A stretch of 64,000 nucleotides of DNA, from contig JADFYJ010000008.1 in the NCBI GenBank assembly GCA_015233115.1, positions 40,506 to 104,505 of the forward strand, given 5' to 3'. Positions 36,131 through 46,552 of this stretch are shown here, piece after piece. Within the stretch, counting starts at the first letter, position 1. Every line of letters begins with the position of its first letter. The notes below the pieces were generated by a model. It was not told the DNA's origin. It saw only the letters and a list, made by a program, of their open reading frames with translations, and did not search any database. The stretch comes from Candidatus Omnitrophota bacterium (lineage in GTDB: Bacteria; Omnitrophota; Gorgyraeia; Zapsychrales; Zapsychraceae). Made by a program: the position numbers and the translations under genes.

Positions 36131-36832
36131 GTGAACGAAGATAAAATGTTTAAAGCTAAAATTTCGGAAATCTTTAGGTCAATTCAAGGGGAAGGGAAAT
36201 ACCTTGGGGCTGATCAGATTTTTGTGCGGTTTTCGGGATGCAATTTGTCTTGCGGCTGGTGCGATACTCCTGCTTCGCGGGATAAGTCTGCAGGATTAAC
36301 CATGGATGCACTAGATCTGCTTTCCGCTATTGCCCGTCATGGATCAGGATGGCATTCTGTTAGTCTGACTGGCGGGGAACCGCTTTTACAAAGCGATTTC
36401 CTGCTGGAATTCTTGCCTCAATTGAAAAAAAAACCAGAACGGATTTTTTTGGAGACCAACGGAACTTTATTTCAGGCTTTAGAAGATTGCCTGGAGTATA
36501 TTGATATCATTTCCATGGATTTTAAATTGCCTTGTTCGACCAACGGCCAGGTTCACTGGGACGAACACCGCCGATTTTTAAAAATAGCTTCGCAAAAAGA
36601 AGTATACGTCAAAGCGGTCATTTCAAAACACACGGTTTTGTCAAATGTAGCCATGACAAGAGACTTGATTAAAGACGTTGATCCGGGTATTCTATTGATA
36701 CTACAACCTAATTCTTTGGAATTGGATAAAGCATTGATTGAAAAATGCACAGGTTTCCAAAGATTTTGCGCGGACAAATTAAAAGACGTGCGAGTTATAC
36801 CACAGGTGCATAAAATTATGGCGATAAGATAA
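36131..36832 (+). CDS. queE: 7-carboxy-7-deazaguanine synthase QueE (radical SAM)
   Basis: VRFSGCNLSCGWCDT. Confidence 0.85.
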   Translation: MNEDKMFKAKISEIFRSIQGEGKYLGADQIFVRFSGCNLSCGWCDTPASRDKSAGLTMDALDLLSAIARHGSGWHSVSLTGGEPLLQSDFLLEFLPQLKKKPERIFLETNGTLFQALEDCLEYIDIISMDFKLPCSTNGQVHWDEHRRFLKIASQKEVYVKAVISKHTVLSNVAMTRDLIKDVDPGILLILQPNSLELDKALIEKCTGFQRFCADKLKDVRVIPQVHKIMAIR

Positions 36833-36887
36833 GTGGTCGCGCTGCTCGCGGGAGCTTCCAGCACTACGCGGACATTACGTCCTTGGT

Positions 36888-36913
36888 CGTAGGGGCGATC
36901 TCCTGATCGCCCG
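36888..36913 (+). repeat. REP-like 25-nt palindrome, copy 3
   Basis: GTAGGGGCGATCTCCTGATCGCCCGC. Confidence 0.85.
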
Positions 36914-36925
36914 CTTAAAAAATGA

Positions 36926-37339
36926 TTGGGAAAAAAAATGAAAAATAAAAAATCGTTATACGAAGATTTGCAGAATAAAATCCGGGAATTGAAAACTCCT
37001 GCTATTGAAATTTGGGACAATAAATGGCCGGAACGTGAATATGCCGTTGAGCTCAATACGCATGAATGTACCTGTATTTGCCCCAAAACGGGTTTGCCGG
37101 ATTTTGTGACCTTAAAGATCACCTATGCGCCGGCCAAAACATGTATTGAGTTAAAATCATTTAAATTATATTTAGTATCGTATCGGGATGTTGGCATATT
37201 TCACGAACATTTAACAAATAAAATTCTTGACGATATCGTCGACGCGTGTCACCCCCGCTGGGCCAAAGTAGAAGCCATAGTCAGCCCCAGAGGAGGGATA
37301 CAGACCACAGTGACTGCGGAATTTAAAAACAGGAGATAA
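36926..37339 (+). CDS. queF: NADPH-dependent 7-cyano-7-deazaguanine reductase QueF (unimodular type)
   Basis: [14 protein letters not shown] (catalytic Cys), QueF motif E-x(n)-SFKLYL. Confidence 0.85.
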   Translation: MGKKMKNKKSLYEDLQNKIRELKTPAIEIWDNKWPEREYAVELNTHECTCICPKTGLPDFVTLKITYAPAKTCIELKSFKLYLVSYRDVGIFHEHLTNKILDDIVDACHPRWAKVEAIVSPRGGIQTTVTAEFKNRR

Positions 37340-37341
37340 CC

Positions 37342-38049
37342 ATGCAGCGCAATGACGGACGCATATTTGACCAATTACGTAATATTCGGGTGACCAAAGA
37401 TTACATTAAATATCCGGACGGTTCATGTTTGATAGAATTCGGCGACACCAAAGTTATTTGCACAGCTGTGGTTGAAAAAGAAGTGCCGCCTTTTTTAAAA
37501 GGGACAAATACCGGGTGGGTAACAGCTGAATATGCTATGCTTCCTGCTTCGTGTAACCAGCGCGTTAAACGGGCCATATCCGGAAGGACTCAGGAAATTC
37601 AGCGGTTGGTGGGCCGTTCCTTGCGCAGTGTGGTGGCCATGGACAAGCTGGGTGAGCTCACGATTAAAATTGATTGTGATGTGATTCAGGCCGACGGGGG
37701 AACCCGCACCGCGTCTATTACTGGCGGTTTTGTCGCTTTAATGCTGGCTTGCCGGAAATTACGGGCACAAGGGGTCATTAAAGAAGATCCGATTAAAGAT
37801 TATGTGGCGGCGGTGAGCGCGGGTATATACAAAGGACATCTGATTTTGGATTTGAATTATGAGGAAGATTCAAATGCGCAAATGGATATGAATGTGGTCA
37901 TGGTTGGTCAAGGAAACTTAGTTGAAGTGCAAGGCACAGCTGAAGACGGCACTTTCTCGCGGGAACAAATGAATGACCTGTTAGATTTAGCCGGAGACGG
38001 TATCCGGCAATTGGTCGAAGTCCAAAAAAAAGCTCTTGGGGATATATAA
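37342..38049 (+). CDS. rph: Ribonuclease PH
   Basis: Full-length RNase PH pattern ([49 protein letters not shown]). Confidence 0.9.
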   Translation: MQRNDGRIFDQLRNIRVTKDYIKYPDGSCLIEFGDTKVICTAVVEKEVPPFLKGTNTGWVTAEYAMLPASCNQRVKRAISGRTQEIQRLVGRSLRSVVAMDKLGELTIKIDCDVIQADGGTRTASITGGFVALMLACRKLRAQGVIKEDPIKDYVAAVSAGIYKGHLILDLNYEEDSNAQMDMNVVMVGQGNLVEVQGTAEDGTFSREQMNDLLDLAGDGIRQLVEVQKKALGDI

Positions 38050-38057
38050 ATCCAAGA

Positions 38058-38082
38058 GTAGGGGCGATCTCCTGATCGCCCG
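38058..38082 (+). repeat. REP-like 25-nt palindrome, copy 4
   Basis: GTAGGGGCGATCTCCTGATCGCCCG. Confidence 0.85.
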
Positions 38083-38105
38083 AATAAAATATTTTGGAGA
38101 TTTTT

Positions 38106-38711
38106 ATGTTTGAATTAGTCGTCGCGACAAAGAATAAGGGAAAATTACGGGAGATCAAAGAGCTTCTCGCGGGTCTGCCGTTTACGATTACGTCATTGGA
38201 AGATTATCCAGACGCGCCGGAGATTGTTGAAGACGGAAAATCATTTGCGGAGAATGCTTTGATCAAAGCGTGGGTTATTGCGCAATATACGGAAAAATTA
38301 ACTATGGGTGAAGATTCGGGAATCGAAGTGAAGGCCTTGAATAATCAGCCGGGCATTTATTCCGCGCGGTTTTCTGATCCCAACGCGACGGATAGAAAAA
38401 ATAATCTAAAAATGCTGCGTCTGCTCAAACATGTTCCCTTAAAAGAACGTCAGGCGTGTTATCGGTGTTTTATCTCTGTTGTCGACGGAGAAAGAATGGT
38501 CGCGGCCGTGAATGGCCAATGCCGGGGATTAATCGCGGTTAATCCGAAGGGTAAAAATGGTTTTGGGTATGACCCGCTTTTTTTAATTCCTCGTTATCAT
38601 AAAACTTTTGGTGAGCTTGATCCTAAAATAAAAGCCAAAATCAGCCACCGGGCTCACGCGTTAAAGAAACTTAAAAAATTTCTTGGAGAATGGTACCTAA
38701 ACCGTTCTTGA
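38106..38711 (+). CDS. rdgB: Non-canonical purine NTP pyrophosphatase RdgB/HAM1
   Basis: VVATKNKGKLREI, EDSGIEV, GFGYDPLF. Confidence 0.85.
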   Translation: MFELVVATKNKGKLREIKELLAGLPFTITSLEDYPDAPEIVEDGKSFAENALIKAWVIAQYTEKLTMGEDSGIEVKALNNQPGIYSARFSDPNATDRKNNLKMLRLLKHVPLKERQACYRCFISVVDGERMVAAVNGQCRGLIAVNPKGKNGFGYDPLFLIPRYHKTFGELDPKIKAKISHRAHALKKLKKFLGEWYLNRS

Positions 38712-41700
38712 TCGCGTCGGCTGTGCCTTTAATGGTTTTCGACGCGGAAATGGTTGGCGTAAATTGCGGATGGGCTAATGTTCCAGCCACTTTAATGTTC
38801 AAAATATGTTTAAAGGTCTGGCCTGCGTTGGGATTGTCGCCGTAGGGAGTCATATTATCTAAAATCGCGTGATATTCCGGGTACAGCATGAAATTTAATT
38901 TTTGATCAAAATTCATCTTTCCCACAGCTTTTATCGATACTCGTTCTCCGTACAACATGGTGTCTTTCGTGATCATTCCCCCGTCCCTCATCACAAAGTT
39001 TCCATTGGCATTCGTAAAATATGATTGATCAATTTCTGGGATAAATTGTCCTAAAAGTCCGTCGGATATTTTAAAAAAGCCTGTTCCTTTCGCCGCATCC
39101 AGTTGAGAAAGCGGCAAAGTCGTAAGATCTACGAAGGCGTTTAATGTTCCGGATAAAAATTTGAATTTTGTTTCCTGACTTTTGTTGTAGGTTTCCAGAT
39201 CCATATTACTTATGCCTAGCTGAACTTTGGCTGGCAAATCATCAGTCCTTAAGTCTGCGGTACCTTTAACTGATAATTGCCCGTCGTAAATTGTTCCGGT
39301 AAGATCGAATTTGTTGATGTTGCGTTCCCGTTGTTCATAGCGCAGGGCTAAATTTTCAAACGGGTGGGTATTGAGCCATAGTTTGGACGAGGAACAGTTC
39401 AAAACCAGCTGCCAATTTCTCCAATCATTAAGTTTTCCCCGGTAAAGACCGTCTCCTTTGATCATGCCTTTAATGTCGATGGGAAGAGGCTTAAGACTGT
39501 ACGCGTCAGTAAATTTTTTCAAATCCGTGGTATTAAGATTAAAGTCCATCCGCACATCAATATCCGGAGCGGCGTGCGGCGTAAAATGGACATCGCCCTG
39601 CATGAAAAGCGAGCTGTTAAACCAGTGGCCTCGGAATTGGGCGAATTGAAAAGCGCTGTGCAAAATTTTAAGTTCTGTGTCAATATTAAGGTCTTGGGAG
39701 CGGATACTGGTGGTCAGGGTAGGTCGGGAAAATTTGACCACTTTTCCATCTAAGGCATACCAATGGTTGAGGTAAGTCCCTTTTAAATTATCCCAAGAGA
39801 GCAAGTCCTTGGAAAAAGCGATCCGGCCGGACAGTTCAGAAATAGGAGCAGGGATATGGGGGCTGGATACTTTAACATTATCTAAAACAAATTTAAAACT
39901 GAGTTGGTCTGGGTCAATTTGGTTTAAGGCGCCGTTATAAGCGATTTGCAAGCCGGAATGGCCGCTCAGTTTGCTGATAAATGGGGACAGTGTTTTATTT
40001 AAGAACGGAGTATCGGTTAAGTCTTCAAAATTAATATCTTCCGACGTGATGGTGAGATTGGCGCAGGGTTCATTAAAACCATTGATCTCGCCTTTAATAA
40101 CCGCGTTGGTGTTTAAAGTATTGAATTTCAAATTGTCGCTGGAAAGGCTGTCTGCCGTAAAATTGATTTTGCCGCTTAATCCGGTGACATGATCGATATA
40201 GGGGACGTTTAAAATTTTTCCGTGTTTAAATTCAATAGCGCCGGAATAATCCAGAGTTTTGCCTTTTTTGCTGGCGTTAAACGCTAAAAATATTTCATCC
40301 GATAAAGTCATGTTGTTATTTAATTTAATATTCATGCTTTTGCCGGACAGCTGGGAGTCAATCGCGATGCCATTAGGCGAGGATAAAAAGTGAAAATTGT
40401 CTGTCGTCATATCTCCGCCAGCCTGAAACAGTCCTTTGAACAAAGCATTTTTAATGGAGAGCTTCAGATCCGTGTTCAGTTCAGTCTGATTATTTTTTAA
40501 ATTAAATGTCGCGTAATCAGCTTTGAGTGAGGTATGGATAATCTTATCCATGGTCATTTTAATAAAAGAATTTTCTGATGACAAATCTCCGGTCACCACA
40601 ATGCCTTGCGGGATAGAGGTGATGACATAGGACTGTGAGCGCAGATCCGTCTGTAAAAATTGATTGCCTTCCACCCGGCAGGAAATGTTGTTGAAGCTCA
40701 GATCTCCTTTGATATTAACGTTAGGGCCTTTGAATTCGCCGGAGTTGATGTTGATTCTGCCGCTTAAGTTCACGTCATTTTGCGCGTCTAAGATGATATA
40801 AAGTGAATCAAACGTGAGCGCGCCATCTGTCTTGATAATATTTTTTCCGAGCGCTAATGAAAATTTTTCCAGCTTAATGCTTCCGGAAATATTTTTATTT
40901 TCAGAGAGCTGTAAGTCGAGATTTTTGAGCGCGGCATTGCCTTTAAGCAAAAAAATATTATTCTGAAATGTTAATTCCGCGTCAGCGGAATCAATGGTTC
41001 CGTCTCTGAATTTTAAAGGAGTAGAATTGTGTACCATGGCCAGATATTGCGCTAAGGGTAAATTTTCCGCGTGGACCCAGGAAAATAACAAGTGGTCTTT
41101 TAAACCATAGGTTCCGTTTAGTTTCAATTGACTGTCATGTTTAGCGTCATTGATATTGGCGGTAAAATGTATTTTCCGATCAATTCCAATGTTCGACATA
41201 AGATCAATTCTGTCAATTTTTTGCGTCAAGATTGGATCTAGGGATTGGTCTTGATAGATGACCGATCCGTTTTTAATACGGACTTTCCGTATAAAAAAAG
41301 AAAAACGCTGCTGCGGCAAATGGGCGTTGAACGCCTGATCTATGAAATTGGCCAGATTGGTTTGTCCAGAAGCGGTTTTGATAATCAGGATATCCGGGTG
41401 CTTAATTAATAAAGACGGCACCACAATGGTCTGGCCTTTGATAAATGGAAGAAAGAGGACATTAAAGGAAATTTCATCGGCTTTGAAAAGATGAGTTTTT
41501 CGGCTATTATCATTAAAAACCGTAAGGTCTTTGATGATCAAGCCGTCGATCAAGCGGAAAGAAATGCCGCTGATCGTGACTGGCTTATGCAAGGTGTTTT
41601 CAATTTTTTGGGCGAGAAAATTTTTGAGCCGGACGGGAATAAGGACGTTTTGGATATAAAAGAATCCTAAAATTCCTAAAGCGATGCCAGCGATCAACCA

Positions 41701-41730
41701 AATATATATAACCTTGCGGTTTGTTTCCAT
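38671..41730 (-). CDS. AsmA/TamB-like family inner-membrane-anchored large protein (1019 aa)
   Basis: Single N-terminal TM. Long repetitive beta-rich periplasmic region. ATG immediately follows the upstream OMP stop (TAAATG). Confidence 0.55.
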   Translation of the reverse strand: METNRKVIYIWLIAGIALGILGFFYIQNVLIPVRLKNFLAQKIENTLHKPVTISGISFRLIDGLIIKDLTVFNDNSRKTHLFKADEISFNVLFLPFIKGQTIVVPSLLIKHPDILIIKTASGQTNLANFIDQAFNAHLPQQRFSFFIRKVRIKNGSVIYQDQSLDPILTQKIDRIDLMSNIGIDRKIHFTANINDAKHDSQLKLNGTYGLKDHLLFSWVHAENLPLAQYLAMVHNSTPLKFRDGTIDSADAELTFQNNIFLLKGNAALKNLDLQLSENKNISGSIKLEKFSLALGKNIIKTDGALTFDSLYIILDAQNDVNLSGRININSGEFKGPNVNIKGDLSFNNISCRVEGNQFLQTDLRSQSYVITSIPQGIVVTGDLSSENSFIKMTMDKIIHTSLKADYATFNLKNNQTELNTDLKLSIKNALFKGLFQAGGDMTTDNFHFLSSPNGIAIDSQLSGKSMNIKLNNNMTLSDEIFLAFNASKKGKTLDYSGAIEFKHGKILNVPYIDHVTGLSGKINFTADSLSSDNLKFNTLNTNAVIKGEINGFNEPCANLTITSEDINFEDLTDTPFLNKTLSPFISKLSGHSGLQIAYNGALNQIDPDQLSFKFVLDNVKVSSPHIPAPISELSGRIAFSKDLLSWDNLKGTYLNHWYALDGKVVKFSRPTLTTSIRSQDLNIDTELKILHSAFQFAQFRGHWFNSSLFMQGDVHFTPHAAPDIDVRMDFNLNTTDLKKFTDAYSLKPLPIDIKGMIKGDGLYRGKLNDWRNWQLVLNCSSSKLWLNTHPFENLALRYEQRERNINKFDLTGTIYDGQLSVKGTADLRTDDLPAKVQLGISNMDLETYNKSQETKFKFLSGTLNAFVDLTTLPLSQLDAAKGTGFFKISDGLLGQFIPEIDQSYFTNANGNFVMRDGGMITKDTMLYGERVSIKAVGKMNFDQKLNFMLYPEYHAILDNMTPYGDNPNAGQTFKHILNIKVAGTLAHPQFTPTISASKTIKGTADAIKNGLGTILQEIF

Positions 41731-44352
41731 TTAAAATTTCTTATTATAAAATGCCCGGACGATATGTTCCGTATCGATCACCGGCATTGTCCCGCCATAC
41801 GGGTCAAACGCGATAGTGTTAAGTTCTTGTGACGGCCCAACTCCATATTGTAGCACTAAACTTGAATCTTTACTGATAAGATATTTTGCTTCAGCGGAAA
41901 AACAGTTATGATGGTCATAATTTAATAGCCCTCGAGTCAAGTCGGAAAGATTATACCAGCGCGACCACACGTATTTGGCGTTTAATCCGAACCTTTCTGT
42001 TGGGAAATAAGAGACTTCGAACCCGATATGGTTCATGTTCGCGTCAATAGGACCGGCAAACTTATTTGGATTTAACGTGTAGTCAATATTAATGTCCCAT
42101 TGTTTTGACGGAATTAATTCCAGGCCAGTCCGGAAAATATTGTGATAAGCATACTTGGGTTGTGGGAATATGCCTTGGTTATAAAGAAACGGAACGATTT
42201 GATTTAATTGGCCGTCCGTCGGATTCGTGTAAAAATCGTTGAATAAAGTGCGGGGGAAATTATCCGCGCCCGAGGTAAAATCATTGGTGTATTCCCAGAC
42301 AGCGTGAGCTTTGATCTGCTCGATAAACGCGTATTGGGCTCCAGCCGAAACTGTGCGAACCGAAGGATCTTCCCCGGCTCTAATGGAATCATTTCTTAAA
42401 TATGCCCCGGTATCCGGATCAGTGATGAAGGGATCTATGCCTAATTTGGTTTTAGGCATATCCTGATTGAGTCCCATAATTTTCAAGGTCAGTTTAGGCG
42501 TTGGCGTGATCTCCAGTTGTCCGCGGGACAGGGTTTGAGCGTATTTCCCACTCGACGTATGGATACTCCGTATATCAGCCAAAGCCAATGTGTGAATATC
42601 CGCTAAATTGATTTCTCCGTTAACTCCGACCACATTCCGGCCGTAATCAATGCCGTCTCCAACCGCAAACGGCGTGATGTCATACATGCTCAGAGAAGGA
42701 TCGCCGCTGGCAAAAAATTTATTTTTCGAATCACCAAAATGGAGGTGCCTGCTCCAGAATTGGTCAACCCGGGTATTACGGTAATTAGATAATGAATCTT
42801 CATATTTGGTGTCCATGCGCACAGCGTAAACTTTAGCTAAGCGGTAATTCGTGGTTTTCTGGGCATCTCCAGTCGGGCGCATCCCGTTGTAATCTGTATT
42901 GAGGATGTTGCTTTGTGGGACGGACGTGTAAGATAATCCGGCATAATACGCGTTTCCTTGTTTTCTTTGGATAAAGTCGCTGTAAGATTTATTGTATACA
43001 CTTTTGGAATAGCTGACTTCAGCGTCCGCTTTTAAATTATCCCCCAAGGCATATCCTGCGTCAAATCCGTTCACCGCGTTGTAAGCATCCATCTCGTGCC
43101 TATCTGTAAAACCCAAATGCATGTTAGCAATATCCCCTACGTAAAAGTTATCCGTTAAGAAGCTTTTTACGCGTAAACTTCCAGGTATGGCATTAAAATC
43201 GCCATAATCTTGCCAGAGCGTTTTAGGTGTGGCAAACATTCCGGTAAGCGTCGTATTTTCAAGGGGTTTGGAATCAAAAGAAAATCCCCGCAGTCCGGTT
43301 AAATGCGTCGCGTTATCGTCGCGGGTCAAGTAGGCGAGAGAATTATCCCATTTTCCGGGATTATAAGAATCATAGCCGAATCCAGATATGTGGTGGCCGG
43401 CTTGCCAGGAGTTCAGCCAGGGGCTGTTTTCCCAATAAATCCGGTGCCCGGATAATTGCAAAGGATCATCGCTAGTTTTGACTTGGTCTTCCAGCGCCAG
43501 AGGAAATACCCGCAATTTAAAATTATCAGAAGGTTTCACATCAAACCACAATTCGCGGACCGGCTGGAAGGTGGTATGGATTTTAACGTCGGGAATATAA
43601 AGTGTTAAAGGAAATGGCTGCCAATTGGTCAGGACTGTGGTGGCCTGGACTTTATTGCCGTGGACTTTGAATTCCGGCAAATGGAAAGAATCGCCAAATT
43701 TTTGGGTTAAATAATTCTGGTTGACTGTATAGTGGCTGTTTGACCAATACAACAGCTGAATTTCCGCGGACTCGGTTTTGATATCATTTTGGATATTAAT
43801 CCGGTCAGATTTTCCCGTATAGCTCCAGGGGTCGATTGAAATATTGGTGTGGAATGAAAAAGGATTGCCTTCTTTTGCTCCGTCAATAATAAATTGCAAT
43901 CTGTCGTATATTTCTGGGTCATAAGTATTGACCCGGTTATTGAGGCCGTTAGACGAAAGTTCCCGCCAGCTTTTTTCATAAAGATCGTAATTGGCTTTCT
44001 GCAAAATTACTTCATCGCTTTTGATGCCCACAGCTAAACGTATATTCCCTTTGACCTTGATATAACTTTCGTTTTTGCTTCTTCCCTGATCAGGATTCAA
44101 CATTTTGTTGAGGTCGGGTTTTGCGTCGGGCGCCTGTCCCATGGCGTCATTGTAACTAAACCCCGGAGCTTGACGAGAGGTATTTTCCAGCACTTCAGTC
44201 GCATGATCCATTTCCTGATTAATGACATCCGTGCGATTTTTGGATTCATCCCCGGCTAACGCTCCCCATGCCTGGGCGCCTGCGCCTAAGTAAAAATTAA
44301 ATAAACAAATAAGAAATAGAAACCCGACAAATTTTGTATGCCGCATATCCAA
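41731..44352 (-). CDS. Large predicted outer-membrane beta-barrel protein (873 aa)
   Basis: Signal peptide. Tyr/Asn/Gly-rich. C-terminal ...NKKF aromatic terminus. Confidence 0.5.
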   Translation of the reverse strand: MDMRHTKFVGFLFLICLFNFYLGAGAQAWGALAGDESKNRTDVINQEMDHATEVLENTSRQAPGFSYNDAMGQAPDAKPDLNKMLNPDQGRSKNESYIKVKGNIRLAVGIKSDEVILQKANYDLYEKSWRELSSNGLNNRVNTYDPEIYDRLQFIIDGAKEGNPFSFHTNISIDPWSYTGKSDRINIQNDIKTESAEIQLLYWSNSHYTVNQNYLTQKFGDSFHLPEFKVHGNKVQATTVLTNWQPFPLTLYIPDVKIHTTFQPVRELWFDVKPSDNFKLRVFPLALEDQVKTSDDPLQLSGHRIYWENSPWLNSWQAGHHISGFGYDSYNPGKWDNSLAYLTRDDNATHLTGLRGFSFDSKPLENTTLTGMFATPKTLWQDYGDFNAIPGSLRVKSFLTDNFYVGDIANMHLGFTDRHEMDAYNAVNGFDAGYALGDNLKADAEVSYSKSVYNKSYSDFIQRKQGNAYYAGLSYTSVPQSNILNTDYNGMRPTGDAQKTTNYRLAKVYAVRMDTKYEDSLSNYRNTRVDQFWSRHLHFGDSKNKFFASGDPSLSMYDITPFAVGDGIDYGRNVVGVNGEINLADIHTLALADIRSIHTSSGKYAQTLSRGQLEITPTPKLTLKIMGLNQDMPKTKLGIDPFITDPDTGAYLRNDSIRAGEDPSVRTVSAGAQYAFIEQIKAHAVWEYTNDFTSGADNFPRTLFNDFYTNPTDGQLNQIVPFLYNQGIFPQPKYAYHNIFRTGLELIPSKQWDINIDYTLNPNKFAGPIDANMNHIGFEVSYFPTERFGLNAKYVWSRWYNLSDLTRGLLNYDHHNCFSAEAKYLISKDSSLVLQYGVGPSQELNTIAFDPYGGTMPVIDTEHIVRAFYNKKF

Positions 44353-44627
44353 TTTTCTCCTGTAAAGTTTTTATGGGTGTCTGATCTCAACTGAGATTTG
44401 GGGCCTAATATTTAACTGGCGAATTTATTTAAGTTCAAAAAAGCTGTTTCTGGTTGAGATCTGATACCTTTTTCATAATGATATCAAAAACTAAGTAATG
44501 CAAGAAAAAATTTTGTTTTAAAATTTTGTTTAAAAATTAAATTTATAATGTAATAATAAAAATCATCAATGCTTATTGGAGAACGGTTTTTGAAAAAAGC
44601 AAATGAACGGAAAGGACCCATCCAACT

Positions 44628-46538
44628 ATGAATTATTGGCAATTTGGAATGTTGTTTTTATTAATTCCTTCCATATTCATTATGGGAAATCTGGCCTATG
44701 TTTTTATTCGTGATGAAGAATTTTTTCCGCTCAATCGGAGTGTTTATTTAGGCGAAACGCTTCTGTTGGGAAGCACGTTATTTTATGGGGCATTCTTGCT
44801 GTTATCCATGTTCGGATTATATACAAAATATTTTCTTTGGGGAACCGTATTTTTAGGATATTCCGGTTTGTTTTATTCGCCTATCAGAAAAGCGATATCG
44901 CGTTTTTTCAACGTAGGATTCCCCCGTCATATCGCATGCTATGGCTTCTTAAGCCTGCTGCTGTTTTTTATCTTTCGCAATTGCTATTTTTTATTGGACG
45001 TAGATTCTCATACGACCTACTTGTTAACTCAAAAAATCTGGCTTTTGTATAAGACGAGTATTCTTAACATGGATTTTCTGGATGTCCGAAATTATATCCC
45101 GCAGTTTGACAGTATTTTCTATAGTTTGAGCATTCCTTTTTTTCCGACCGAAACATTATTCCCCCAAATGATCAATACTTTTTATCGGGTGATTGCTGTG
45201 TTACTGGTTTATGGATATACGGCCTACCGGTTTAACGCCTGGTACGGATTAGCGGCGGCGATGTTTCTTCTTTTTAATCTTCATTTTTATGTTTCCGGAG
45301 CTAACCATTGGGTGCTGATGAACGGAGCGATTATCGCTTTATTTTTTGGCGCGGCTTACAATTTTTATGAGAGTCGGCGGAATATTTTGTCCGACAGATT
45401 TTTGTTAGGTTTAATTTTTTTAAGTCAACTACCCAGCAATAAATATCAAAGTTTTTATATATTCTTTTTTCTGCTGGCCGTAGGCATGTTCATTCAGCCT
45501 GATTTGAAAAATCAGATCATAAAAATAATTTCCAATAAGAAAAAATTATTTTTGGGAATATTTTTTGTGGGAATCAGTCTATTACATTATATAAAAAATT
45601 GGATTGCCGTTGGACTCCCTTGTTTTCCGGTTTTGGCGGGAACACTTCATGTGATGGGGCGTACTCCCGAATTCGACGCCATATTTAGAGAATTTACCCG
45701 AGGGATCACAGATAAGGAATTTGTAAAATATTTTGGCTTTTTTTTCGTTTGGCATGGAGCAAAGCCGCTCGTGGTTTTTGTCTATCTGTTCATTACGGCC
45801 CCGATCTATTTATTAGTCGCTTTTTGTAGAAAATGTGATCCGGTCAAAATGTGTGAAATAACCTATTGGTTGTGTGTTTCGCTGTTAGGTGTTTTTGGTA
45901 TATCTTTAGCGACGCATCAAGATCCCCGATATTATATTTATGTCATTGGTCCCGCGATTTTTGCGGTCATTTATATATACGATTTTATCCTTAAGGATTT
46001 ATTATGTATAAAAGATAAATTGGGTTTTATTCGGTATCTGGTCATTTTAAAAATGGCGGCTTCCAAGTGGAAAATCATGTTTTGGGTGGGAACCACTTTT
46101 TTGCTAGCCCCGATAGATTCAAATATTAAAGTATTAACGAATAAGCTACATACTATGGATGTTATTGATCAATACTTTCCGATGCAAACCATGGTCATGC
46201 AGGCGTCTAAAAATGAACCGGATAAGTATAATAAATCGGCATGGTTTTATGATCAAGCCACGGGTTATTCTCCATTTCTGCTTCCTTTGCGCCCGGCTAT
46301 TTCTGTGTGGTGGACATCCACAGTTAAATGGAATTCTTTTGACAAAGAAGATCTGATTATTAAGGACCTGCGTGATCGCGGAATTCAATGGGTGGTCAAT
46401 CCTGTTGAAAAGGCAGAGACATTTGAAACCATAGAAAAATTCGCTTCGCAAGCGACGCATATTGATCGGCGTCCTTTGAAGACGCAAATGGATTATGGTT
46501 TTCCTCCTGAATTAACAACAGTGAAATACGCAAAATAA
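44628..46538 (+). CDS. GT-C fold membrane glycosyltransferase-like protein (paralog C)
   Basis: 636 aa polytopic. DE motif in the first loop (IRDEEFFPLN). Large C-terminal soluble domain. Confidence 0.45.
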   Translation: MNYWQFGMLFLLIPSIFIMGNLAYVFIRDEEFFPLNRSVYLGETLLLGSTLFYGAFLLLSMFGLYTKYFLWGTVFLGYSGLFYSPIRKAISRFFNVGFPRHIACYGFLSLLLFFIFRNCYFLLDVDSHTTYLLTQKIWLLYKTSILNMDFLDVRNYIPQFDSIFYSLSIPFFPTETLFPQMINTFYRVIAVLLVYGYTAYRFNAWYGLAAAMFLLFNLHFYVSGANHWVLMNGAIIALFFGAAYNFYESRRNILSDRFLLGLIFLSQLPSNKYQSFYIFFFLLAVGMFIQPDLKNQIIKIISNKKKLFLGIFFVGISLLHYIKNWIAVGLPCFPVLAGTLHVMGRTPEFDAIFREFTRGITDKEFVKYFGFFFVWHGAKPLVVFVYLFITAPIYLLVAFCRKCDPVKMCEITYWLCVSLLGVFGISLATHQDPRYYIYVIGPAIFAVIYIYDFILKDLLCIKDKLGFIRYLVILKMAASKWKIMFWVGTTFLLAPIDSNIKVLTNKLHTMDVIDQYFPMQTMVMQASKNEPDKYNKSAWFYDQATGYSPFLLPLRPAISVWWTSTVKWNSFDKEDLIIKDLRDRGIQWVVNPVEKAETFETIEKFASQATHIDRRPLKTQMDYGFPPELTTVKYAK

Positions 46539-46552
46539 AACAGGCTTATTTT

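Noticed and set aside
33894-37339. Considered a Dpd-type 7-deazaguanine DNA-modification system
   Set aside because: queF (preQ1 formation) is present and no DpdA/TGT-like or DpdB/C genes are present, which is consistent with tRNA queuosine biosynthesis.
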